64,000 nucleotides of DNA from Gracilinanus agilis (GCF_016433145.1 NC_058135.1:58641075-58705074), one strand, 5' to 3'. Positions 1-12,241 are shown, counted from the stretch's first letter. Translations and numbers: made by a program. The notes: generated from the sequence alone by a model not told the origin.

Positions 1-400
1 CTTATTCTGCTCTTCTAATTTTTCTCTGTCAGTAGCATGACCATCCTCTTACTATCTCAGGACCATAATCTTAGAATCATCTCAGAGTCATTTTTTCCTA
101 TCCTAACCCCAATTCAAGCTCTAGCTGCATCCTGTCAATTCTACCACAGAACTCTCCTCTTGAAACTTCTTTTAGCAATTTTCCTGGATCTCTCCCTGTA
201 TCATTTATATCATTCCCTATTTCGTCACTGTTATTTATCTATTTCTCCTTCTTCCTCTCGGCACTCCAGTTCCATTGTAAACTCAAGAGTGGGATCTGCA
301 TAACATCTCTCTTTATGGCCGTAGGACCTAGTCCAATACCTTGCAAAGAGTACTTCAAATAATAATTTATTGAATAAATGGATGTACATGTGAATGAATA
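1..400 (+). mobile_element. L2 LINE 3' fragment
   Basis: Degenerate L2-like body ending in the typical tail (tgtaaactc...caaataataatttattgaataaatg). Confidence 0.7.
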
Positions 401-1499
401 ATAGATAGTCAAGAAACATTTATTGATCTATTGAATCAGAGATGAGTCTGGTTGTAAAATGCTCAGGGGATTGTGTGTCTTTAATATATTCTATTCAAAA
501 CTGAATAAATTGTGAGTAAATGGACATTAAGCAATCAATTCTATAGAAATACGTTGAGCACATGTTCGACAGTACTTTCCAAAGCAATACTCTATGTCCA
601 AAAACACAGAATCTCTTCAAGGTTTTTCTCAGAAGTCAACTAAATGCATTTCCAAGAGAGTACTTCCCATTGCTTCTAACTAGTAGTGAAGTAGTAGCCC
701 ACATGTCTAACAGATTAATAATTCTTCGGATGAAAAGAGCCCTGTACCAGACTGACTTCCTTGACACCTGATTCAGAGGGGATCCATCTTAATCTGAAAT
801 AGGCCAGCACATATCACCACCTCTTTTTTTTAAAGTCTGGCTGCTCCGCGTGAATGCCCAAGTGTGATAGTGAGTTTTCCAAGATACACAATCACCAGAG
901 CCAGGATTGTATACCTTAGATTAGGATCAAGTCTAACGCTGGAAGACCTGCAGGCTCTTAAAACTTATTTAAGATGACATGTTGGTCAGGGGGAGGAGAT
1001 GACGGGCCAAGGAAACAGTAACGTGATATGGGGCTTTTCACCCCGAGGCTCTTGGTTGAAATCCAGCACAGGATCACAAAAAAATTTACAGCTGTCTAAT
1101 GTCCTAGCAGGAGGTGATCTCCATTGAGTACACAGAGGGAAAAGTGACCACCACGTGAAAATCATCGCTACTGATCCAGAATGGAGATGGAGCAAAAAGC
1201 ACACCTTACAAGACAATGGCTCTTTGCCAAAGCTAAAAAGGAAAATGAAGGTCATCAAAAGCCCCTCTTACTGAGGACTGGCTTTCCTTTAAGGATACCC
1301 TGAAAACTTTCCATTATACTTCCTTTCTTTCATATAATCTTGGAAATCCCTCTTAAGGAACGTTGGAGTCTTTAAAGTTACTAGAACCCAAAGCTAAAAT
1401 AGATTAATGTTGAAATGTATATACTTGGCCGCCAATCATTTTTACAGTAAAAACAGTACTAGCCTGTTCTTATGTTCATTGTAAATATAGTTTAGATGG

Positions 1500-1735
1500 C
1501 TTGCACTTTTCAGTCATTTCACTCATGTCTGGCCCTTTGTGACCCCATATGGAATTTCTGGAACAAAGGTTTGCTCTTTCCTTCTCCAGCTCATTTTACA
1601 CATGAAGAAACGAGGCAAACAGGTTAAGTGACTTGTCCAGAGTCACATAGCTAGAGTCTGAGGGTATATTTGAACTCATGAAGATGATTCTTCCTGCTCC
1701 CAAACCCAGAGCTCTATCTACTTCAGCCCCCAAAT
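1500..1735 (-). mobile_element. MAR1-type CORE SINE
   Basis: ccttctccagctcattttaca...gaggcaaacaggttaagtgacttgtccagagtcacatagct, antisense MAR1 pattern. Confidence 0.8.
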
Positions 1736-1849
1736 GGCATGTATCCTGGGACAAAATTTAGATTTACCAAATTCAAAGCAGAAATTCATGTTTTAATAGA
1801 ATCCTACTAAGGATTTATCTCCTTTTATCACAGCAATTCATTAGCTTTT

Positions 1850-1985
1850 CTCCCCTTAATGATTAAATCTTTACATTGGATGTTGAGCTCCTCAAGGACA
1901 AAGACTGTCATTTGCCTTTCTTTGTAGCTCCAATGATTAACACCACGCCTGGCACATGTTAGACATTATATAAACGACCTACTGA
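1850..1985 (+). mobile_element. L2 3' end
   Basis: gagctcctcaaggacaaagactgtc...cctggcacatg. Confidence 0.65.
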
Positions 1986-2204
1986 GGCAACACTGGAAAG
2001 AGAAAACCTATCATTTGTAGGTAACACATCAGATGTGTATGCAACACGTATTACATATGTGTAATATAACATATCAGACCACTTAGAGAAACTGTGTTCC
2101 ATTGGTCTTCTATTAAATTATTAATTCTGAAGTGATAATAATAATTCTATGTATTTGCACTTAACATGTGCAAATAATAAGTCGTCCTGAAGGAGAGATC
2201 ACGG

Positions 2205-2350
2205 AGGCTGTGGATAGGGAGCCACAATCAGGAAGGTCCAGATTCAAGTTTAACTTGATCCATACTAGCTGTGTGACCCTAGACAAGTTGCTTCACTTCT
2301 CAATGCCTCTGAAAACTCTAAGATTTTGAATTGCAGAGAAAGCACCAACT
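2205..2350 (+). mobile_element. MIR/MIR3-type CORE SINE
   Basis: ggaaggtccagattcaag...agctgtgtgaccctagacaagttgcttcac core. Confidence 0.65.
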
Positions 2351-2384
2351 TAACTTGGGAGCCCCCTATTTTCCGCAATGTCAA

Positions 2385-2580
2385 GCACCCAGAGTGCAAG
2401 CGCTTGTAGCCCACAACCCTTCCAAATGCAATCCAAACCAGATTAAAATGTAATTGGGAAATGTGTAACAAAATAAATAAAAATACAATAAAATGTAGAT
2501 AACGTTACATTTTCAAAGTAGGTCAATATGTAGCCCACGGGGATCCTTAAGTATGGTTTAAAGGCCCTCATGTCTATTTT
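2385..2580 (-). mobile_element. old hAT-type non-autonomous DNA transposon
   Basis: ccagattaaaatgtaattgggaa...ctattttgagtctgaca; related copies at 4855-5043 and 48860-49040. Confidence 0.6.
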
Positions 2581-3439
2581 GAGTCTGACATGACTGCCCT
2601 ACACTGTTTCAGAAATAATGGGTCTGGCTAAAAAAACACCCCACAAACAAACCACAGAGATTTTCTCTTTTAAAAAGTCTACATTATCCTGTTCACAAAT
2701 ATATTAATATATACATCATCATGAAAACCTATTACATCTTCCTAGTCACTGGTTTTTCCAAAGATCCTGATAGAAATTATTTAATCACTAGATCCAAACC
2801 AATTCTTTTGAATCAATCAAATGTGCTGATACTTTGGAACATTTTTTCCTGTTTTCCTTTGGAACAACACCTCTTCATCCTGGTCTAAGAGTTGCTGATC
2901 CTTAGTATTCACCATCTTGAATTAGAAGGGAAACATATTCCTCTCTCAGTCATTTCTGTTTCCCAAACATATATTTAGGGAATGATTAAATTGAAGTTTT
3001 GTCTATTGCTCCTTGGTTATTTATGAGGGGTGTGTGTCAATACTAGCTAGGGGGAAAAAATCCAGATCTTGGCAACGGAGCTGTCTACTCCCATGGCATT
3101 TCACTTTACATGTGCAAAAGTTGGCTGAGGGGGGACTGACAGTTAACTGGCATGTGTAAGCAGTTTACAACTCGTAAAGATAAAAAAATGATGCAAAGAT
3201 GGCCTTATGGAAAGACAACCTTGGACTAAAAGCTATGATGCCTTTTTCCAGAGAGTCGGTGTAGACTCATCCTGGGTATATAAAACAAAATATCAGTGGA
3301 TGCAATTTCTCCAGTTTTTCAACAACTCAGGCCTTAAGAACATTAAATCCTACTGGAAAACAGATTTTCATTGTTATGTCAATATCTTTGTTTATAGTAT
3401 ATTACAGAGTACTATTTCTTTCTTTATGTGATGCTTTGT

Positions 3440-3645
3440 CTTATTCAGGAAGCCTTCCCTGATCCCCCTCAAATTTCTAATGTCCTTCCTCTCAAAACTA
3501 CTTTCTCTTTACATTGCATTTATCCTGTTTACACACATATATATATACAGGTCTCAAGCTTTTCTGAGGGCAGGGACTATTCCATTTTTTTATTCCCCTA
3601 GCATCTTATATATTGCAAACACTTAATAAATTCCTATTAATTGGC
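3440..3645 (+). mobile_element. L2 3' end
   Basis: caggaagccttccctgat...ctgagggcagggact...aaacacttaataaa. Confidence 0.65.
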
Positions 3646-3861
3646 TGCTGCCACCATTTTGCCATGTCAGTGTTTCCTTTGCATTCCAATTTCCAATGGA
3701 TCAATCATTAAACATTTATTAAATTTCTACTATGTGCCAGACATTATGCTAATCAGAGACAATAAATTAAAAAGCAAATAAAGTTCTCCCTTCTATTTGG
3801 AGAGAGAAAAATCAATGAATATTTCAGTTAAATTCCATTCAATAAACATTGATTCTACAAT

Positions 3862-4105
3862 CAGCTAGGTGGTGCCGTAGTGCTTAGAGCACTGGGTTGG
3901 AATCAAGAAGACCAGAGTTCAAAGATGACCTCAGACCTTTCCTAGCTATGTGTCCCTGAGCAAGTCCCTTAACCCTCTTTGCCTCAGTTTATAAAATAAA
4001 CCAGAGAAGAGAACAGCAAACCACTCCAGCATTTTTGCCAAGAAAACCCCAAGTAGGATCACAATGGGTTGGACACAACTGAAATGACTGAATCACAAAA
4101 ACAAT
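3862..4105 (+). mobile_element. MAR1-type SINE
   Basis: cagctaggtggtgccgtag...ccactccagcatttttgccaagaaaacccc. Confidence 0.85.
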
Positions 4106-4129
4106 AGAAGAGATCCAAACATTGCTGGA

Positions 4130-4410
4130 ACAATAAACTCCCAGAAAAAAAATAGAATGAACCAAAAAGAAGTCAATGACTCCATAAGACAACAAGAAAT
4201 GTTAAAACAAAGACAAAACACTGAAAATAAATAGAATAAAGCTATTTTATCTCAAAAACAGCAGACCTGAAAAATCATTTCTGGAGCAAAACTACCTGAA
4301 AGTCATAGACCAACAACAAAAAAGCTTAGACATCATTCTTCAAGAAATCTTAAAAGAAAAGCCAGATGTCTTGGAACCAGGGGCCCTAGTATAAATAGAA
4401 GAGTTGGGCA
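4130..4410 (+). mobile_element. L1/HAL1 ORF1 fragment
   Basis: actacctgaaagtcat...ttagacatcattcttcaagaaat resembles marsupial L1 ORF1. Confidence 0.6.
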
Positions 4411-4494
4411 TAACTAAAATGACTACACAAAACCAAAATGCCAACTATGTATCAGATGCTGTGCTAAAACTATGGAGACATTCCACAAAGATAA

Positions 4495-4696
4495 TTTTTA
4501 AAAAAATAACTCTTATCTTCTGTCTTGGAACCAATACATAGAATCAATCCCAAGACAAAAGAGCAGTAAGGGCTAGTCAGTTGGAGTTAAATGACTTGCC
4601 CAGAGTCACACAGCTAGGAAATGTCTGAGGCCAGATTTGAACCCAGGGCCTCCCATCTCTAAGCCTGGCTCTTTATTCAGTGAGTCACCTAGCTGT
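4495..4696 (-). mobile_element. SINE1_Mdo-type SINE (old)
   Basis: Antisense tail tcttggaaccaata...gagcagtaagggctag plus CORE. Confidence 0.8.
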
Positions 4697-4854
4697 GTGA
4701 TACAAAGATAATTAGTAATTAATTCATTTGAAGATTGTAATATAGATCATGATGAGGAATTACAGAATATAATCTTAGCTCATGCAAATGATTTAAAATT
4801 ACTAGGGTCCTGTGTGGCATGGTGAGGCATAACCGTAATCCTGCTCCTAAGACA

Positions 4855-5043
4855 AGTGGGATGAGACTCAAATAGAACAGGGGGCCACTAATCCATACAT
4901 AAGGAGCACTGTAGGCTATAGAGTTCATTATAAAATGAACTGTTATCTTTGTTTTCTTTTTTATGAAATAGTTCCCAATTGCTTTTTAATCTGGTTGGGT
5001 TGTGGGCCACCTGAGGCTTGCAGGTTGTAACTTTGACACCTCT
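4855..5043 (+). mobile_element. old hAT-type non-autonomous DNA transposon
   Basis: actcaaatagaacagggggccacta...ttcccaatt...taatctggtt...tttgacacctct. Confidence 0.6.
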
Positions 5044-5879
5044 ATATGAAGGAAGGGATGGAGGAGGCTGGAGAAATCACATGAGTTTGAGGGTTCTGAG
5101 CTCCAAAAGGGCTAAAGCTGGCTTTTGTCCACACTCTGTCTGCTGAGCCACCAAGAGCAGAGGACCACCAGGCTGCCTAAATAAGGGCAAACTGATTCAT
5201 CTCAAAGCTTCTGTGCTGATTGGCAGAGGGGGTGGCCCCCTTGAGTGGATACCCTACTTCTGTCACATGTGTGATAAGGAAACCCAATCTGAAGGGGAAA
5301 AAATTACTTGGAAGTTAAAGGAATAGAAATATGAAAAACCCAAAAACTCGAATTTTTTTTCCTACTGAGGCTTTTGAATTCTGAAAGCAGTTGATTTGTA
5401 TGCTACTATTAGGAAGTACTTAAACATTGCTAAAACAGATTCTCTTAAGGCAACCACCAAAATCCAGATTCCAGTACACAGCTGGAGAAACCAAGGTAGA
5501 GCAAGATTTTCAAGCCCACCCACTCTCTCAGGGCCTGATAGCAGAACCAGATATGGCCCATGTTCTCTCTCATGAAGCAGGTTAAAGTGAGTTTATACCA
5601 CGTCACACAATTCACGTTAAGTTAAAGGATTCTTGCTCTTTCTCATGGCAGGGACCCTCCTGAAATCCATTAGAAACTTTCCCCAAAGAAAACCTGGTCA
5701 TGAATTATACTTTGTTGTTTCAGTGTTTCCAGGAACTAAAGAGTATATATGTATAGCCCACAAAACCAACTCAGGATACATCGTATTTGTGTTCATAGAA
5801 TCCGTTTATGCAAATAATTAGCGGAAACTACATATGTGTATGTAGCTCCTGCAACAAATTTGTCTTGTTTATGTACGCC

Positions 5880-6571
5880 CTCAATCCCACTGCCTTAGAT
5901 CTACTAGAGCAGATTGCCCCCTCAATCAGCCCTTCTCTAGTTAATCTCAGCCTCTTCCCTTTCTTCTGTTTCCTTCTCTCCAGACTTCAGACAAGTCCAC
6001 ATTTCCCTTAGAAACTAATGCCCCCTGGAACTAGCAGCCTACAGTTCTCCTCCCTTTTCAGTCAAAATCCTTCAGAAAAAAAAAATTCCAGCCACATTCT
6101 TTACCTCCATTTTCCTCTCCTTTCTCAGACTCCTCAACCCTTTGTAATCCAGCTTTTGACCTCATAACTCCACTAAAATGGCTTTCAATAAAGTTACTAA
6201 CAATCTCCTAATTGTCAAATAGGATGGGCTCTCCTAGATACTCTCTCTTCTCTGGATTTTCATGACATTGTTCTCTACTGGCTTACCTCCTACCTGCTTG
6301 ACCACTCCTTCTCAGTCCCAATTGCTATTCTATCATCCCTATCACACCCCCTAACAGTCTGAGTTGTCCAAATGCTCTGAGGGGCCAGCTTTTAACTTAT
6401 CTTAACTGAAAGCAGGCTACTTCTTAGTCATCTCTAAATCAAGCTCTTCCATCTCCCCTTACCCCTCCAATCCCTTTTGTCTTCTCTTTGTTGAATGTAG
6501 ACTCTTTCAGGGCAGGGATTTGTATTTGTATCCCCAATTCTTGGCACATGGAAGTACTTAATATTTTTTTC
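5880..6571 (+). mobile_element. L2 LINE fragments
   Basis: Pyrimidine-rich L2 body and 3' tail (agggcagggatttg...tggcacatg) running into the gap. Confidence 0.7.
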
Positions 6572-6720
6572 NNNNNNNNNNNNNNNNNNNNNNNNNNNNN
6601 NNNNNNNNNNNNNNNNNNNNNNNNNNNNNNNNNNNNNNNNNNNNNNNNNNNNNNNNNNNNNNNNNNNNNNNNNNNNNNNNNNNNNNNNNNNNNNNNNNNN
6701 NNNNNNNNNNNNNNNNNNNN
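6572..6720. other. assembly gap (149 N)
   Basis: N run. Confidence 1.
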
Positions 6721-6769
6721 TTCTTAGTGACCTTGTCAGATCCCCTGTATTTAATAGTCATTTGGTTTT

Positions 6770-6945
6770 GGATTTTGTTTTTAAATCCTTACCTACTCTC
6801 TTAGAACAGATACTAAGAGCTAATCAGATGGGAGTAATTGACTCCCCCAGGATAACACACCTCAGAAATATCTGAGGTCATATTTGAACCCATAATCTCC
6901 CATCTCTAGACTTGGCTCTCTATCTAGTGACCCACCTAACTTCCA
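6770..6945 (-). mobile_element. SINE1_Mdo-type SINE (degenerate)
   Basis: aaatccttacc...tctgaggtcatatttgaaccc...catctctagacttggctct. Confidence 0.7.
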
Positions 6946-7369
6946 GAACAGTCACTTGTATGCTGATGACATATATATATACATATATATATATAGTCAT
7001 AGTTTCTTCTTTGAGCTTCAGTTCTGTATCACTAATTGTTTATTGGCCATTTCAAATAGGATATCACAAAGGTACGTCAAATTCAGTCAAGCAAAACAAG
7101 AACTTGTTGTCTTTGTCTCCCAATACACCTGTCTTATGAACTTACCTACTTTTTTCTAAATCTCTCAGGTTCTTAATCTTCATTTTTATAGCTCTACATC
7201 TCAAGTCATCCCAGGATCACCTAACCTTATGTCCTATGATTGAAAATATAAGTGAGTGTAAGAAAATAAAGGTAAAATATTATATTTCACACTGGTCTCC
7301 AGGGCAGAGAAAAATTCCCAGAACAAATATTAGTCCCTTGTAGTAACATTTCAGACAGTTGTTTTTATT

Positions 7370-7560
7370 TTGAAAAGTGATGCTTTTCTAAGTCGTATTT
7401 AAATTTACAAAGTACTTTCTTCACAACAGGACTGCCTAGTAGTGAATTTTTATTAGCTCCATTTTACAGATGAGGAAATTGAGACTTAGAAAGGTTAAGC
7501 TGCTTAAGTCACTTGCCCAGCTGCGTAGCAGGAAGAGTCCCAGAATAAGTTTAGGGCTAT
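7370..7560 (-). mobile_element. MIR
   Basis: ccattttacagatgaggaaattgagacttagaaaggttaag. Confidence 0.7.
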
Positions 7561-7677
7561 TTCCATGTTACTATAATTTCTATTCTATAATTTTCCTTCC
7601 AACAAATCAAAAAACTTTTTCAAAAAGACTAGACAAAAATACAACCTGACCTTTTCCTTTTATCTTTCATTTAAATA

Positions 7678-7714
<37 letters not shown>

Positions 7715-8318
7715 TCTTCTTGAAATACTTCTTTCTTCTTACAAAATTCTTTGCCACCTTTAAGGAGTTAGTGGAAACCAAACCCCCAAACCAAAGGAGC
7801 AGATCTTTCAATGTCCTCTTTTATTTTTTTGACCCAATGATAATATTCACTTCTAGGTGATTTAAGCTCACCATTCAATGAGCTCAGCTCATAGGGAATT
7901 GTAAGCCCTTTACATAAAGGAAACCTCCAAGATTTTTCCTGAAACAGCTGTCTCTGGAGTTGCTCTTGAAACAGTGATCTTAGGAATTCATTTCTAAGCA
8001 TATTGATAGCTACATTCAAATACAAAAAGAACCCTATCCAAACCACAAGCACATGATGGATAAGTGGTATTATTTAAGGCCAAGTAGGAAAACAAGGTCT
8101 ACATTCAGATCGTGCCAGAATGCCTGACATTTCACAAGGAGAATCTTTGAATTTGGTTTCCCTCATTTCCATTACTTTTGCTTGGCATATAGTCTTATCA
8201 GAAGAGAGTTCTTAAATACCATCACCATAATTGTCACCAGCATCTCGGTTCACTGTGGATAGGACTTATTCCTTTGGGTTATATTCTGATTTATCGCAAG
8301 AAATATTTTATCGAAAAT

Positions 8319-8515
8319 GGGGCAGATAAGTGATTCAGGGGACAGAGAATCAAACCTGGAGGTCTTGGATTCAAATCTGACCTGACATACTTCCTATCTG
8401 TGTGAACCCTGGGCAAGTCACTTAACCCCCATTGCCTAGCTCTTGCCCTCTTCTGCCTCAGAACCAATGCCCAGTATTGATTCTAGGATGGAAGGGAACT
8501 GTTTTAAAAATAAAT
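8319..8515 (+). mobile_element. SINE1_Mdo-type SINE
   Basis: cctgggcaagtcacttaacccccattgcctag...agaaccaatgcccagtattgattctag tail. Confidence 0.8.
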
Positions 8516-9104
8516 AGAGGACACTGTGGAATTTTCATCTTTGGTTAAATGAGAATCTGCTCCTTTTACCTGTCCTTAGGACTTCCGGAGGGATTTCTTT
8601 TGATTCATATTCATACCTAGTGCTTGACATCAGGTTCATATTTTTGGTAGCAGACTGTCAGCTCCATCAAATCATTTATATCACAAAGCATTAAGACACT
8701 ACATTTTGGCAATATATTCCATGCCACATGTCTGAAAACTTTGGAGATGTTAGAGATTCATCAGTGAAAAATGTACATTTTAACAAGAACAGTCTGTTTG
8801 CTGATAGTTAGTTTGCAAATCTCTCTTTTTTTTCAAGTCAAAATAAGCCTTGATTTCTTTTATGTTAGATGATGAATACCAAAGGCACTCTTTCAAGAAA
8901 AGACCAAACACAGAAGGTGTAATAGATCCTTCTGATAATTAGACATGGACAAAATAGCTAGGTTATATATTATTCACTCTATATTCCTTTCAGATCCAAA
9001 TTTATTAATGCTTTTTTTTAATGTAATAAGCTTTCTTTGTTTTCTTTCTTGACACTCTCTACTTGTCTTTGCATGTAAAATATCACTTCAATAGATAGTG
9101 GAAA

Positions 9105-9436
9105 TCTCAAGTATTCACTTCTAAGGGTATTACCCTTATCTATCCAAACTGGTGTCATTTCATTAACCAGATTCGTAGATACTCATCAGTTCTCAAGTAT
9201 TCACAACTGAGGTTATCATCTTTGTCTGTTCAAATTAGATTTGTTCACTAATTAAATTTTAGATGTCCATCAATTCTCAAGCATTCACAACTAAAGATAT
9301 CAAGCTCGTCTATTCAAATGGGATTCAGTTCATTAGATTTTTAGAGTTTCATCAGTTCTTAAGTATTCACATCTAAGGATAGCATCCATTCAAACTGCAG
9401 TTATTTTATCAACTAGATTTTTAGATATCCATCAGT
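9105..9436. repeat. degenerate minisatellite, 4 units of 86/84/82/80 bp
   Basis: Units start tct(c/t)aag(t/c)attcac at 9105, 9191, 9275, 9357 and end tagat...catca(g/a)t. Confidence 0.85.
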
Positions 9437-10224
9437 TTCTAATGACTTAAAATGTATTTACTTTCCTATGGCTGATACTGGGTTTTTAGATGGATGTCTT
9501 ATGCACTGAGTTCTCCAATCATCCTAGGTGCTCTTGATAAGACAGATGAACACAACTTGTATTCTATAAGAGGATACTAGTTGTGGAGGAGGGGAGAGGA
9601 GGAAAAAAGTAATTGAGAGCAAGAGATAGGAAAAGACAAACACAAGAGAAACAAGATAGAGAAACAGAAAAGGAGACAGAGAGATAAGACATAGATGCAT
9701 AGATAGGTGAATAAAAAGATGGTTGAAAATAGCTGGATAGATGATAAATCACACCTCTTTATAGATTTTTTTTCTTCAAAGGAATGCTGGGAAAGTTATT
9801 GCTCTGGTATGCTTTTGAGACAAAGGACTCCCATCTCACACTGCTCTAGGGATCAGAGTAGCTGTGGAGAGAGGTACTACTTAGGAGACAGGATGATACA
9901 TGTTAAAGAGTATTGGCAATAGACAAAGACTGAATACTTGTGTGTGACTTGTTTTCCCAAGTGTACTCTCTTCAAGTATAGCAAACATGTGCAGTCAATA
10001 TGCCTGGAAGCAGAGACTTCAAACCTAGGGATTATTTAGACAATGCATGAGCAGCCTAGAATTTTCTTGCTTGTAGCTTGGGGACTTTCATGCGTTACAA
10101 GCCAAACAAATTATTTTCAGATTTTGAAAAGCAGCTGACCCTTAATCAGAGCCTTAATGATGAAATTTTTAGTGAAGAAAAACTTTTTTATGTTATCATT
10201 ATGATAATAAATCAGTAAAATGCA

Positions 10225-10370
10225 AAATGGAAGAAAAGGGCCTTAATTAGGAGTCAGAGGTCAGAACACCTCATTTCAAAGTTTTATGATCTGCAGCCTC
10301 AGTTTCCTCATCTGTACAATGAAGGGGTTAAACTAGACGAGCTCTACATTTGTTCTAGCTATAAATCCAA
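10225..10370 (+). mobile_element. MIR fragment
   Basis: ggagtcagagg...gcctcagtttcctcatctgtacaatg. Confidence 0.6.
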
Positions 10371-10964
10371 AGGACTATTTATGGGGAAGGAGATTGTATA
10401 TTTGTCTGATCAGACCTCTAGAATGTAGCTCTGACTTGCTCACTAGAGGCTCCATTAGAACAATGAGGGTACAACTTAATCTGAGGGATCAGGAGGAGAC
10501 ACACCGTGTTATACTAAATACCTCAGTGGGCGCACAGAGGATCAGAGCCCTCCACCCCCAAACAACAAGTACAGTTGTTGATTAAAAGGACAGATGGCCT
10601 CTGAGAATGAGAGGGCTCAAAAACTGAAGCATGATACAATAATGCCCGTGTAGATGTTGTAGCCAGATTCCATTACTATTGGGACGTCAAGGAAAGAATG
10701 TATGCAATGAACCTCTGAAGTGAGGGAAAGATGTCTTTGAGAGCTGACTTTGCATGGTTTGTGGGTGGGAAAGTGGGCCCAAGGGGTACAGTGCTGGATT
10801 AGTGAGGTTACACTAGGCTCTCTCATCATCGTTATCCTCAATCCTCAGCCAAATGAATGGGCTATGCCAAAATACGGTTCAACTGAATTTCTCTAGTTCT
10901 TTGCACAGAATCAAATGTTCTCTCCCAGTTTGCCATGAGAAATCCATTTCTATTAGCATATAAA

Positions 10965-10965
10965 T

Positions 10966-11004
<39 letters not shown>

Positions 11005-11099
11005 CTATTTATATAGGTATATAGGCTGTGCAGTAGATATATATAGATATAGATATAGATATAGATATAGATATAGATATAGATATAGATATAGATATA
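10965..11099. repeat. compound microsatellite (CA)n/(TA)n/(ATATAG)n
   Basis: Direct reading. Confidence 0.95.
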
Positions 11100-11274
11100 T
11101 TTTTTTTTATCCTGGGACTCCATTCTAGGAGCATAGGGCCACAACCAGTAGGCAATGGGACACAGTCGCTCAGGGTCACCCAGCTGGGAAGTGTCTGAGC
11201 CCGGACTTGAACCTAGGACCTTTTTTTAGTCTCTAGGCCTGGCTCTCAATCCACTGAGCTAGCCCAGCTGCCCC
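11100..11274 (-). mobile_element. SINE1_Mdo-type SINE (young, variant tail)
   Basis: cagctgggaagtgtctgag...ctctaggcctggctctcaatccactgagctagcccagctgcccc. Confidence 0.85.
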
Positions 11275-11363
11275 TACTTTAGGTTGCAGTTTCTTTAGCA
11301 GATGCAGTTTTTACAGGGTGGGGTTGCTAGCCCCACGCCCAACCCTCCTCCTTTTTTTTTTCA

Positions 11364-11763
11364 NNNNNNNNNNNNNNNNNNNNNNNNNNNNNNNNNNNNN
11401 NNNNNNNNNNNNNNNNNNNNNNNNNNNNNNNNNNNNNNNNNNNNNNNNNNNNNNNNNNNNNNNNNNNNNNNNNNNNNNNNNNNNNNNNNNNNNNNNNNNN
11501 NNNNNNNNNNNNNNNNNNNNNNNNNNNNNNNNNNNNNNNNNNNNNNNNNNNNNNNNNNNNNNNNNNNNNNNNNNNNNNNNNNNNNNNNNNNNNNNNNNNN
11601 NNNNNNNNNNNNNNNNNNNNNNNNNNNNNNNNNNNNNNNNNNNNNNNNNNNNNNNNNNNNNNNNNNNNNNNNNNNNNNNNNNNNNNNNNNNNNNNNNNNN
11701 NNNNNNNNNNNNNNNNNNNNNNNNNNNNNNNNNNNNNNNNNNNNNNNNNNNNNNNNNNNNNNN
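11364..11763. other. assembly gap (400 N)
   Basis: N run. Confidence 1.

Positions 11764-11767
<4 letters not shown>

Positions 11768-11815
<48 letters not shown>
11768..11815. repeat. (TG)n microsatellite
   Basis: Direct reading. Confidence 0.95.
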
Positions 11816-11818
<3 letters not shown>

Positions 11819-11895
11819 CACACATACTACAAAGAGAAAAGATGCCACTTGCTACTTATTTAGTGTATTAGAATTTTTTTTACAAGCTCATTTTT

Positions 11896-12241
11896 ACTTA
11901 TTTGTTTTAAAAATCCTTACCTTCCATCTTAGAATCAATACTGTATATTGGTTCCAAGATAGAAGAGCAGTAAGGGCTAGGCAATGGGGGTTAAGTGACT
12001 TGCCCAGGGTCACATAGTGTTGTGAGGAGGATTACTTAGTTATTATGATCCCAAGTGCAAGCCCTCTTCCTCCTTCCCCATTCCATTTGGAATTCTCCAG
12101 CCCTTCCTGTTAGGTCTCCTACATAATAACTAAGTAATCCTCCTCACAACAATAGCTAGGAAGAGTCTGAGGTCAGATTTGAACCATGGACTTTGCACCT
12201 CCAAGCATGGCTCTCAATCCACTGAGCCACTTAGTTGTCCG
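11896..12241 (-). mobile_element. SINE1_Mdo-type SINE, interrupted by a 134-bp TIR element
   Basis: SINE halves at 11896-12017 and 12152-12241; TSD acaagctcattttt at 11882-11895 and 12242-12255. Confidence 0.9.
12018..12151. mobile_element. MITE-like element: perfect 30-bp TIRs, TGT...ACA ends, 4-bp TSD (ATAG)
   Basis: tgttgtgaggaggattacttagttattatg (12018-12047) is the exact reverse complement of 12122-12151; atag at 12014-12017 and 12152-12155. Confidence 0.9.

Noticed and set aside
9105-9436. Reading the 80-86 bp array as CRISPR-like, zinc-finger or LRR coding repeats
   Set aside because: This is eukaryotic DNA, the whole unit is degenerately repeated rather than repeat plus unique spacer, there is no C2H2 pattern, and all frames contain stops
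10635-10800. Plus-strand peptide RVDVVARFHYYWDVKERMYAMNL*SEGK..AWF resembling part of bornavirus G
   Set aside because: It needs several gaps, is opposite in orientation to the N-like element, and overlaps the equally weak M-like reading. At least one is chance, which shows the noise floor of by-eye matching
11302-11871. Longest ORFs on the track (150-189 aa), and others spanning 6.5, 38.9 and 39.8 kb
   Set aside because: They are open only because they run through N gaps and dinucleotide repeats
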